From Acidobacteriaceae bacterium (GTDB lineage Bacteria > Acidobacteriota > Terriglobia > Terriglobales > Acidobacteriaceae): DNA of 64,000 nt. Position numbers and translations under genes: made by a program. Shown here piece by piece: positions 10,920 through 18,818 of the stretch; positions within the stretch are counted from its first letter, which is position 1, and every line of letters begins with the position of its first letter. The notes under the pieces are model-generated. The model did not search any database, was not told where the DNA came from, and saw only the letters and a program-made list of their open reading frames with translations. The DNA lies in contig DASUWP010000120.1 of the NCBI GenBank assembly GCA_036378335.1, forward strand, positions 1,704 through 65,703, written 5' to 3'.

Positions 10920-12271
10920 GTCACGTCCTGATCGTCGATGACGAAGCCGACATACGTGACTCGCTCGGCGAAATCCTCGCCGAAGACGGCTACACCGTGA
11001 CCACCACAGCAACCGGCGTCGAAGCCATGGTGCTGCTGCGCGACGCCACCTACGATGCTGTGCTGTTGGACATCTGGCTTCCCGATCGCGATGGCATGGA
11101 TGTGCTGCAGGATATCCGCCAGCTCGAAAGTGAGATCCGGCCGGAGGTCATCATCATCTCCGGCCACGGAACCATCGAAAGCGCGGTGCGTGCCACCAAG
11201 CTTGGTGCCTTCGATTTTCTTGAGAAGCCGCTTTCGCTTGAGCGCACGCTCATCCTGCTGAAGAACGCCGTCGAAGCACGCCGCCTGCGGGCGGAGAATG
11301 AGGAGTGGAAGCGTCAGCTTTCGCCGCGCGCGCATATCTCCGGAGAGAGCGTTCCCATCAAGGCGCTGCGGCAACAGATCAAGCTGATGGCCCCGACGAA
11401 TGGCCGCGTCCTGATCTTCGGCGAGTCCGGTTCGGGCAAGGAGATCATCGCGCGCGAAATCTATGCAGAGAGCCTGCGCCGTGAAGGTGTCTTCATCGAG
11501 CTGAACTGCGCAGCGATTCCCGAGGACTCGATTGAGATACAACTCTTCGGCTATCGCCACGGCGCGGTGCCGGGCGGCCCGCAGGAGAAGCGCGGCACAC
11601 TTGAGCGCGCAAACAACGGCACACTCTTCCTCGACGAAATCGGCGATATGAGCCTGAAGACGCAGGCGAAAGTGCTGCGGGCGATGGATGAACAACGCTT
11701 TACGCCGGTGGGCACGTCGCAGCCGGTGAGCGTCGATGTACGCATCATCGCTGCAACCAACAAGAACCTGGAGGACGAGATCGCGCGCGGCAACTTTCGC
11801 GAAGATCTCTTTTACCGGCTCAACGTCATTCCCTTCTACGTGCCGCCGTTGCGCGATCGCCGCGAGGACATACCCATCCTGGTGCGCGAATTCCTGGGTG
11901 AGTTCGGCCGCGAATATGGACGTCCGCGCATTGATATCAGTGAGGAAGCTCTGGGATTGCTAAAGCAGTACCACTGGCCGGGCAACGTGCGTGAGCTTCG
12001 CAACCTGGTCGAGCGCCTGGTGATTTTGAATCCGCAGGTCACGCGAATTGAGCGCAAACATCTGCCCATGCTGGTGCACCGCGATCCAGGCAGGCTTGCC
12101 GCAGACTTCAATTCACTCCAAGAGGCGCGCAATGCCTACGAGCGCGACTTCATCCTGAAGAAAGTGGACGAGTGCCACGGCAACATGAGCCGCGCCGCAG
12201 AGGCGCTCGGCCTTGACCGCACCCATCTCTATCGCAAAATGAAAGCGCTGGGCATCAGCGCACGCGAGTAG
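10916..12271 (+). CDS. NtrX/NtrC-family response regulator (REC + AAA+ + Fis-type HTH) with a degenerate GAFTGA loop
   Basis: REC domain with DD..D (VLLDIWLPDRDG). Walker A is GESGSGKE and Walker B is LFLDEIGD. The R-finger region reads RLNVIPFYVPPLRDRREDI. The C-terminal HTH reads GNMSRAAEALGLDRTHLYRKMK. The GTG start overlaps the kinase stop (GTGA). Confidence 0.9.
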   Translation: MSHVLIVDDEADIRDSLGEILAEDGYTVTTTATGVEAMVLLRDATYDAVLLDIWLPDRDGMDVLQDIRQLESEIRPEVIIISGHGTIESAVRATKLGAFDFLEKPLSLERTLILLKNAVEARRLRAENEEWKRQLSPRAHISGESVPIKALRQQIKLMAPTNGRVLIFGESGSGKEIIAREIYAESLRREGVFIELNCAAIPEDSIEIQLFGYRHGAVPGGPQEKRGTLERANNGTLFLDEIGDMSLKTQAKVLRAMDEQRFTPVGTSQPVSVDVRIIAATNKNLEDEIARGNFREDLFYRLNVIPFYVPPLRDRREDIPILVREFLGEFGREYGRPRIDISEEALGLLKQYHWPGNVRELRNLVERLVILNPQVTRIERKHLPMLVHRDPGRLAADFNSLQEARNAYERDFILKKVDECHGNMSRAAEALGLDRTHLYRKMKALGISARE

Positions 12272-12637
12272 ATGGCCTTCCATCCCCGCCCGTTTGTAGC
12301 TGCGCTCTGCATAGCGCTCCTCGTGTTGCTGACTGCCTGCACGGTTTGCACCGAGCAAATCGTCGATGAAACAACGTCACCGGATCATGCATGGACGACC
12401 CGCACTACTGTGCGGAACTGCGGCAATCTGGCGACCCCGACTGTAAACATCTATCTCCAACGCGCGGACAGCCACGCAAAGCTTGGCGAAATCGTTGTGC
12501 TGGTCCGCCACATGCATCCCGTGCAGATTATCTGGTCCGGCAACACCCAGCTTCACATCGATTGTCCAGCCTGCGGAAACGATGTGCGCATTGCACGGCC
12601 CAGCGCACACGGAATATCGATTGCTGTCGCCCGATAG
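12272..12637 (+). CDS. Small lipoprotein, function unknown, abutting the response-regulator stop
   Basis: Lipobox LVLLTAC. The ATG follows the regulator's TAG with zero spacer (TAGATG). Confidence 0.6.
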   Translation: MAFHPRPFVAALCIALLVLLTACTVCTEQIVDETTSPDHAWTTRTTVRNCGNLATPTVNIYLQRADSHAKLGEIVVLVRHMHPVQIIWSGNTQLHIDCPACGNDVRIARPSAHGISIAVAR

Positions 12638-12640
12638 TCG

Positions 12641-13654
12641 CTATTCGTTCTGCTTCTTGCCCAGATCCGTAAGCTGCCGGCGCCAGTCCAGCGACTCTAC
12701 GAAGCCCCGCGACTCACGCCAGTTCTCCTCGACGATGACGTGCAGTTCCAGAAAAACGCGCGTACCCAGAAGCGATTCCATCTCCTTGCGCGCGGAAGCG
12801 CCAATCGCCTTCAGCTTGGTGCCGCCCTTGCCGATCAGAATTGCTTTCTGCCCGACGCGCTCGCAGTAGATCGCCGCTGCGATGCTGGTCACTGGCAGCT
12901 TGCCGTCCTTGCGCGGTTTTGCATCGGCCGGTGGCTCTTCATAGCGCTCAATCACCACGGCGGACGCATACGGAACCTCTTCGCCGGTCTCCATCAGGAT
13001 GCGTTCGCGGATCAGTTCCGCTACTAGAAAGCGCTCCGGCTGATCGGTGTACTGCTCCGATGGATAGTAGCGCTGCCCCTGGGGTAGGTGTTTGACCAAG
13101 TCGGTGATCAGGCGGTCGAGTCCGTCCTGTTTGCGCGCCGAGATCGGGACAACCGCGGCGAAGTTGTGCAGCCCGCTCAGCCTGGTAATCAGCGGAAGGA
13201 GCTTCTCCCGTTCCACGAGATCGATCTTGTTGATCACAAGGAAGACCGGGCAGTCGAGTTTGCTAATGAGTTGCAGCGCGAACACATCCTCGCTGGACGA
13301 GCGATCGCGTTTGCTTTTGACGCCGGCAGAATCCTCCGGCAGCCGCAGCTCGCGCGTGGCATCCAGCATCAGCAGGACAATGTCCCGCTGTTCCAGCGCG
13401 TCGTGCACCTCCTGCATCATGCGCCGGTCCAGCTGGGTGCTCGGCTTGTGCACGCCGGGCGTATCGACGAACACGATCTGCGCCGCGGGATGCTTTCCCT
13501 TTTTCGCGGGGACCTCCACGATACCCTGAATGCGGGTTCGCGTGGTCTGCGGCTTCGCGGTCACGATAGCAACCTTCTCGCCAGTGAGCGCATTCAGCAG
13601 CGTGCTCTTGCCCGCATTTGGCCGCCCGATAATAGAGACAAATCCCGATCGCAC
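12641..13654 (-). CDS. era: GTPase Era
   Basis: G1 is GRPNAGKST, G3 is DTPG and G4 is NKID. The C-terminal KH domain reads IYCERVGQKAILIGKGGTKLK. I prefer the GTG start at 13654 (MRSGFVSIIGRPN), which follows AGAGGA with a 7-nt spacer. The ORF-track start at 13732 would overlap the upstream gene by 32 nt. Confidence 0.85.
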   Translation of the reverse strand: MRSGFVSIIGRPNAGKSTLLNALTGEKVAIVTAKPQTTRTRIQGIVEVPAKKGKHPAAQIVFVDTPGVHKPSTQLDRRMMQEVHDALEQRDIVLLMLDATRELRLPEDSAGVKSKRDRSSSEDVFALQLISKLDCPVFLVINKIDLVEREKLLPLITRLSGLHNFAAVVPISARKQDGLDRLITDLVKHLPQGQRYYPSEQYTDQPERFLVAELIRERILMETGEEVPYASAVVIERYEEPPADAKPRKDGKLPVTSIAAAIYCERVGQKAILIGKGGTKLKAIGASARKEMESLLGTRVFLELHVIVEENWRESRGFVESLDWRRQLTDLGKKQNE

Positions 13655-13700
13655 TGCCACATCCTCTCGCTTCAACCTGAACTGAATTACTCTCGATTCC

Positions 13701-14987
13701 TCAAGCCGCCGGTATTTCGGAAGCAGAGACACGCAGGCGTTCCACCCGCCGATCCGTCGATGCCAACACTTCCAGCCGTGTCTTGCCGGCCAACACCACC
13801 TCGCCCGGCATGGGGATGCGGCCCGCCACTTCGCTCACCAGCCCGGCCACGGTTGTCGCCGCGTAGTGGCCGTCCCGCAGATCTTCATCGCCGACGAGAG
13901 CTTCGAGCGCATCCACTTCCAGCGTTCCAGGAACGATCCACACACCCTCGCTCTCCTGCTTGGGCGCGTTCGCCTCGCTGTCCTCTTCATGCTCATCGCT
14001 GATCGCGCCGACGATCTCTTCGAGCAGGTCTTCGATCGTGACCAATCCGGCGACGCCACCGTATTCATCAATCACGATACGCATGTGCTGCTTCTCCCGC
14101 TGCATCTCGCGCAGCAGCTCGTTCACGCGCTTGGTCTCCGGCACGAAGGCCGCCGGCCGCTGCAGGCTGGCCACGGTTCTCCTCGGCGCCTCGTCGTCCG
14201 GAATCTGCAGCAGATCGTGCGAGAAGACAATGCCGGTCACGGTGTCGAGCGTGGCCTCGAAGACCGGCACGCGTGAGAATGGCCGCGATTCCAGCATGTC
14301 CAGGAACTCGGCGAGAGTTGTTTCTGCGGCGACTGCAAAGACCGATGGCCGCGGCGTCATCACCTCGCGCACAATCTTGTCGCCGAACTCGACCGCGGAC
14401 CGTATCAGGTCGCGATCACTTTCCTCCAGGATACCTTCCTCTTCACCCGCTTCGATCAACGCATCCACTGCGTCACCGTCATCTTCCTTTGTTTCACCTT
14501 GCGGCGGCTCGGTCAGCGAGACGATCGAGAGCAGAAATTCCAGGGCCAGCTCCGCCGGCAACACCAAATAGAAGCAGAGCCGCAGCAGCCAGCGCCACTT
14601 CAGCACCCATACGCCGCGAGTCCGCGTAAAGAACGCATAGGGCAGCAGCCGGCTGAAGATGAGAACAACGAGAACGATGCCCAGGGCAGCTTGGAGCACG
14701 CCCAGCACTGTCGGCGGCCCAACCTCGCCTCGGCGGCCAAAGAGGATCGCGCCAATCGTCAGAACGATAGCCGCCAGGGAAAGCTGCGCAAGCACAGCTG
14801 CACACAGGGCGAGCCGGTCGCGGGAGAAGCCGAGCGTCGGTTCGATCTGCTGCTCCCACACCTCCATGTTGTCCTGAAATTCGCGGGAGAGGAACTTTCC
14901 CAGCTCGGAGTAGATGCGATCGACGTAGGAGGCCAGTGTATGGATCACCAGCAGGAAGATGACGAGCGCGATGCAGAGCCAGATCAT
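13701..14987 (-). CDS. CNNM/HlyC-CorC family membrane protein (DUF21 + CBS pair + CorC_HlyC)
   Basis: N-terminal TM region, then the CBS pair region (VREVMTPRPSVFAV...SRVPVFE), then the CorC C-terminal domain (IVPGTLEVDALEALVG). Confidence 0.85.
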   Translation of the reverse strand: MIWLCIALVIFLLVIHTLASYVDRIYSELGKFLSREFQDNMEVWEQQIEPTLGFSRDRLALCAAVLAQLSLAAIVLTIGAILFGRRGEVGPPTVLGVLQAALGIVLVVLIFSRLLPYAFFTRTRGVWVLKWRWLLRLCFYLVLPAELALEFLLSIVSLTEPPQGETKEDDGDAVDALIEAGEEEGILEESDRDLIRSAVEFGDKIVREVMTPRPSVFAVAAETTLAEFLDMLESRPFSRVPVFEATLDTVTGIVFSHDLLQIPDDEAPRRTVASLQRPAAFVPETKRVNELLREMQREKQHMRIVIDEYGGVAGLVTIEDLLEEIVGAISDEHEEDSEANAPKQESEGVWIVPGTLEVDALEALVGDEDLRDGHYAATTVAGLVSEVAGRIPMPGEVVLAGKTRLEVLASTDRRVERLRVSASEIPAA

Positions 14988-15493
14988 GCGCGCACCGCCT
15001 GCGATCGTGATTGGTGCCGTGCCGGCCGGCTTGGATTCCCCTTCGGATGCGCTCGCTCGATCAATCCTGCTGTAAGGCCGAGTTCCCGCCGCAGCTGCCT
15101 TTCTTTACGCTGCATAGCCCCATCGTCGGTCTCGTGGTCGTAACCAGCCAGGTGGAGCAGGCCATGGAGAAGCAGCACTCGGATCTCCATTTCGAGTGTG
15201 TGACCGCGCTCGTTCGCCTGCCGGAGAGCTGTTTCCACCGATATCGCCAGATCGCCGGCGAGGCCCTCTGCCATCTCTGCCGCGGGAAAGGATAGTACAT
15301 CGGTAGCTTTGTCCTGGCGGCGGTACTTGCGATTGAGCGCGCGGATGGCCTGGTCACCGGTGAGCAGCACGCTCACCTCGCCATCTAGCCTGGCCGCAGC
15401 AGCGGCCTGCCGCAGGAAGCGTGCAAGCTCGCGCCGACGCGGACGCGCAGCACGGGGCAGTTTCAGCTCCACAGCAGCTTCGTACACGATCAT
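14984..15493 (-). CDS. ybeY: rRNA maturation endoribonuclease YbeY
   Basis: HGLLHLAGYDHE zinc motif. A 4-nt overlap with the downstream CNNM gene. Confidence 0.9.
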   Translation of the reverse strand: MIVYEAAVELKLPRAARPRRRELARFLRQAAAAARLDGEVSVLLTGDQAIRALNRKYRRQDKATDVLSFPAAEMAEGLAGDLAISVETALRQANERGHTLEMEIRVLLLHGLLHLAGYDHETDDGAMQRKERQLRRELGLTAGLIERAHPKGNPSRPARHQSRSQAVRA

Positions 15494-15552
15494 TGTTCGA
15501 TCACGATCACGTTTCTGTCCAGCTCACACCAGCAATAACCGAAAATGTCACC

Positions 15553-15588
15553 ATGCGAAAATGAAAGAGGAGGGCCGCGGCCCTCCTC
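15553..15588 (-). terminator. Hairpin plus T-rich tract between phoH and ybeY (terminator or attenuator)
   Basis: The near-perfect palindrome GAGGAGGGCC-GC-GGCCCTCCTC is followed on the minus strand by TTTCATTTTCG. Confidence 0.55.
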
Positions 15589-15629
15589 GTCCCATGCATC
15601 GATTGTACCGGGCCGCCCCTTTTGCTTGA

Positions 15630-16646
15630 TTACTGAGGCTTCTGCGCCGGCTTTTCCCGTTCGCCCTCCGCCATACCGAGCGGCAGCTCCGCCTGCTGGC
15701 GTCCAAAGCTGTCATAAGCGCGGATGATCCGCTGCACCAGGTGATGGCGTACGACGTCTCCGTCTTCGAAATGGATGAAACGGATGCCATCCACGCCCTT
15801 CAGTATCTCCATGGCTTCGAGCAGGCCGGATCGCCGGGGGTTCGGCAAATCGATCTGGGTCACGTCGCCCGTGATGATGGCTTTGGCGTTGTTGCCCAGC
15901 CGGGTCAGGAACATCTTCATCTGCTCGCTGGTCGTGTTCTGCGCCTCATCCATGATGATGAACGCGTCGTTGAGTGTGCGGCCGCGCATAAAGGCAAGCG
16001 GCGCCACCTCGATCACGTTGCGCTCGATCATCTTGTCCACGCGCTCCTGATCCAGCAGATCGTACAGCGCGTCGTACAGCGGTCGCAGGTAGGGATCGAT
16101 CTTCTCCTGCAAGGTTCCCGGAAGGAAGCCCAGGCGCTCGCCCGCTTCGACCGCCGGGCGCACCAGAATGATGCGGCTCACGCGTTTGGCCATCAACGCC
16201 GACGCGGCCATCGCTACGGCAAGGTAGGTTTTGCCGGTGCCCGCGGGTCCGATGCCGAAGACCATGTCCGCCTGCTCGATTGCTTCGACGTACCGCTTCT
16301 GGTTAACCGAGCGCGGTTGCACAATGCGCTTGATGCCGCCGCTTGCCCGCTGCCTGCCGCTGTCCACCAGCCCCTTGAGCGTCACGCTGGGATCCGCCGC
16401 TACCAGCTTCAGCATCGCGTTCAGCTCGCCGTTCTGGAGCGTGACGCCCGCGCGTCGCAATTGTTCGTAATCGTTGAAGATCCGCTCCACGCGCGTCACG
16501 TTCTCTTCCGATCCGGAGACATGGACGGCATCGGAACGGAGATCGATACGCGTGTGCAGCTTGTCTTCGAGCAATCTCAGATTTTCGTCGCGGGTCCCAA
16601 ACAGGGGCTCAATATTGGGCGTGATTTCCAGCGCTTTATTGATCAA
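15630..16646 (-). CDS. phoH: PhoH-like ATPase (YbeZ)
   Basis: Walker A is [12 protein letters not shown] and Walker B is IIMDEAQN. Conserved synteny upstream of ybeY. Confidence 0.9.
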   Translation of the reverse strand: MINKALEITPNIEPLFGTRDENLRLLEDKLHTRIDLRSDAVHVSGSEENVTRVERIFNDYEQLRRAGVTLQNGELNAMLKLVAADPSVTLKGLVDSGRQRASGGIKRIVQPRSVNQKRYVEAIEQADMVFGIGPAGTGKTYLAVAMAASALMAKRVSRIILVRPAVEAGERLGFLPGTLQEKIDPYLRPLYDALYDLLDQERVDKMIERNVIEVAPLAFMRGRTLNDAFIIMDEAQNTTSEQMKMFLTRLGNNAKAIITGDVTQIDLPNPRRSGLLEAMEILKGVDGIRFIHFEDGDVVRHHLVQRIIRAYDSFGRQQAELPLGMAEGEREKPAQKPQ

Positions 16647-16998
16647 GCGGACAGAGAACCTCCTGCGGCTCCGGGAAGATTCGCCTCCTGGAGCGGCGGC
16701 TGCATGATTGAGTTGGAGATGGTGGCGGCCGGCGTTCGCGTCTGGGCACCCGGCACAGGCAGCTTGCTGCCCGCTGCGTGCCTGCCGCGTTGGACCGTCC
16801 CTCGGATGCGCACAGACTAGCCTCTCCCTGCCAGTGCGTCAACGGTGATTTGATGAATATCCGTTACGCTCTCTCCACCTGCCATTTACGATGCTTGAAC
16901 CGCGACCGGGGACGCAGGCAACGTCTGTATCGGATCAATATGGCGCCCTTGGGAATGGCGGGCTTGGGCCGGGGCTGTGTCTCGGGCATGGCCTGCCA

Positions 16999-17027
16999 TT
17001 GACCCCCCGCCAGCCGCACGGTAGACT
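16999..17027 (+). promoter_or_regulatory. Sigma-70-type promoter candidate for rpsT
   Basis: TTGACC, a 17-nt spacer, then TAGACT, about 80 nt upstream of the rpsT ATG. Confidence 0.4.
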
Positions 17028-17108
17028 TGTATTTTGCAGAGGATGCGGCGTGAGTGCCACCGTCTGCATCGCTCCACAAATCACATTCAGATCTTTGTAA
17101 GGAAGCTC

Positions 17109-17384
17109 ATGGCAAACCATGTTTCATCCCTGAAGCGCGCCCGTCAGACAGAGCGCAAAACTGACGTTAACCGCGCCAACAAGAGCCGTGTCCGCGGTAG
17201 CCTGCGCGCGCTGCGTGAGGCCCTGCAGAAGGGCGATGCCAAGTTGGCGACTGAGCAGTATCGGGCCACCGTCTCCGCGCTGGACAAGAGCGTGCAGAAG
17301 GGCACCCTGCACAAGAACACCGCCTCCCGCTACAAGAGCCGGCTGAGCGCGCGTGTCAAGGCGGTTTCCACCAAGAATGCGTAA
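17109..17384 (+). CDS. rpsT: 30S ribosomal protein S20
   Basis: [27 protein letters not shown]... is the typical S20 N-terminus. An AAGGAAG Shine-Dalgarno sequence is present. The ORF-track start at 17034 was rejected. Confidence 0.9.
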   Translation: MANHVSSLKRARQTERKTDVNRANKSRVRGSLRALREALQKGDAKLATEQYRATVSALDKSVQKGTLHKNTASRYKSRLSARVKAVSTKNA

Positions 17385-17408
17385 GTAGCCCCGCAAGGAA
17401 ATTCAGCA

Positions 17409-17442
17409 GGCCGGAGCAGCCGCTCCGGCCTGTTTTCATTTT
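17409..17442 (+). terminator. Rho-independent terminator after rpsT
   Basis: GGCCGGAGC-AGCC-GCTCCGGCC followed by TGTTTTCATTTT. The T tract overlaps the stop of the convergent gene. Confidence 0.7.
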
Positions 17443-18692
17443 GCGGCCCGTTCTGTCGGCGGCACTGGCGCCGGAAGATCGTATACCTCGATCGCGCCAC
17501 GATTCAGCACTGCCAGCCGGTTTCCATCCGCCGACAGAGCAAAGTTCCCACCCGCACTGACAATCGGTTTTAGCTGTAGAGCGGCTCGCAGGCTGCCTGT
17601 GCGACTGTCCAGAACGCTCACTACCTGATTCTGTACGTCCTCGTCATTGATCGGCTCGCGATCGGAGACCGGATGGTTGACCGCCAGCCAGGAAATGGCC
17701 ACGGATGTGCCATCCTGTGCCACCCGGAATGCCGGCCAGGTGAAATTGGATTGCCAACGACCATCCCATAGCTTCTTGCTGTTCAGCGAATACGCTGCGA
17801 CAAACCGCTCATCGCGACCGGGCCGACAGCTCAGAACGAGAAGGCTCTGCTCATTCAGCACCTTCTCCGAAGGCTCGCAGGCCGAGTCAATCTGCGCGAT
17901 GGTGTCGCCACTGCTTGGCTCCGGCTTTTCGTAAGGATGAAAGACGACTTTCCAGACGTTCTCTTTCAAGCGCTGCTGGGTGAAGAAACCATCGGTCGTG
18001 GCGGGCAGGTCGCCGGCTACTTCCGCATGGGCACTCATCACGAGCTTCGGCTGGTCCAGCCGCATCATTCGTATCTGCACATCCTCACGCGGCCGGCCGG
18101 AGCCGGAAAGAGCAGCCTTCTGCATCAACCGGGCGTGCTCCTCCGGCGTGTGTTTCTCATGCTCGCTCTCCACCACCAACAGGTTTCCATCGGGCGAGGT
18201 CTCGACCTCCTCCAGTTCCGTGGGCGACGTAAACAGTTCCTTCAAATGCAATTTGCTGTCTACCTGATACAGGCTGGAGCCAATGCGCAGCATAACCTTG
18301 TCGTTCGCCAGCCGCCACAGATAACGCCCGCGGTCGTGCAACAACCAATGGTCCTCGGCCACGACGTTGCCGCCCGGCAGTTCCAGTACATCTGCCTGGA
18401 TCACCTGGTCCAACCCGTCGGAACCCTGCTGGCGCAAAAGCAGGCGCGGCTCACGAAAGGTGAGCAGAAGGTGTGTCGCATCGAGAAACTCCAGGGAACT
18501 GGAGCTGTAGCGTGCCAGCAGGTACAGCCTGCCCGGCGGCCGATAACCCAAAGGCTCCACCGGAATGCGCAATGCCTGCTGAGGACCGCTTTCGTGGTCA
18601 GCAGCCCCCGCTGTGCCGGTTACCAGGCAAAGACCCAGCACGACAAGGCACGCTTGCCACCAGCGGTCCGCGAACTGCGTACTGCACTGCAC
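17436..18692 (-). CDS. Secreted protein of unknown function (possibly beta-propeller-like)
   Basis: Signal peptide ACLVVLGLCLVTGTAGAADH. A long ORF with consistent codon usage. I recognise no motif. Confidence 0.65.
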   Translation of the reverse strand: MQCSTQFADRWWQACLVVLGLCLVTGTAGAADHESGPQQALRIPVEPLGYRPPGRLYLLARYSSSSLEFLDATHLLLTFREPRLLLRQQGSDGLDQVIQADVLELPGGNVVAEDHWLLHDRGRYLWRLANDKVMLRIGSSLYQVDSKLHLKELFTSPTELEEVETSPDGNLLVVESEHEKHTPEEHARLMQKAALSGSGRPREDVQIRMMRLDQPKLVMSAHAEVAGDLPATTDGFFTQQRLKENVWKVVFHPYEKPEPSSGDTIAQIDSACEPSEKVLNEQSLLVLSCRPGRDERFVAAYSLNSKKLWDGRWQSNFTWPAFRVAQDGTSVAISWLAVNHPVSDREPINDEDVQNQVVSVLDSRTGSLRAALQLKPIVSAGGNFALSADGNRLAVLNRGAIEVYDLPAPVPPTERAAK

Positions 18693-18818
18693 GCCACTAT
18701 TTTCCTACAATCGGGGTGCCTCGCGCAGGTCTGATTTGGAGGACTTTACCCTTTGGGAACTCGTCTGATAGCGTTCGGTCACCAACTCTTCTGAAACGGC
18801 AGGAGCACCTCTTCGCCC

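Noticed and set aside
10508-11695. A 395-codon minus-strand ORF across the kinase/regulator junction, plus similar long shadow ORFs at 15741-16820, 13088-14002, 29293-30603, 28034-28978, 54893-55807, 48353-49297, 25100-26008, 26448-27320 and 38991-39761
   Set aside because: Each overlaps a gene with strong family motifs on the other strand or frame. Each has low-complexity Arg/Ala/Gly-rich composition and no recognisable domain.
16745-16775. Sigma-54-like GGCAC...TTGC strings, at cGGCACaggcagcTTGCt here and at TGGTACtgccaaTTTGC near 8541
   Set aside because: In both, the GG-to-GC spacing is two nt longer than the TGGCAC-N5-TTGC consensus. They are not credible -24/-12 promoters.
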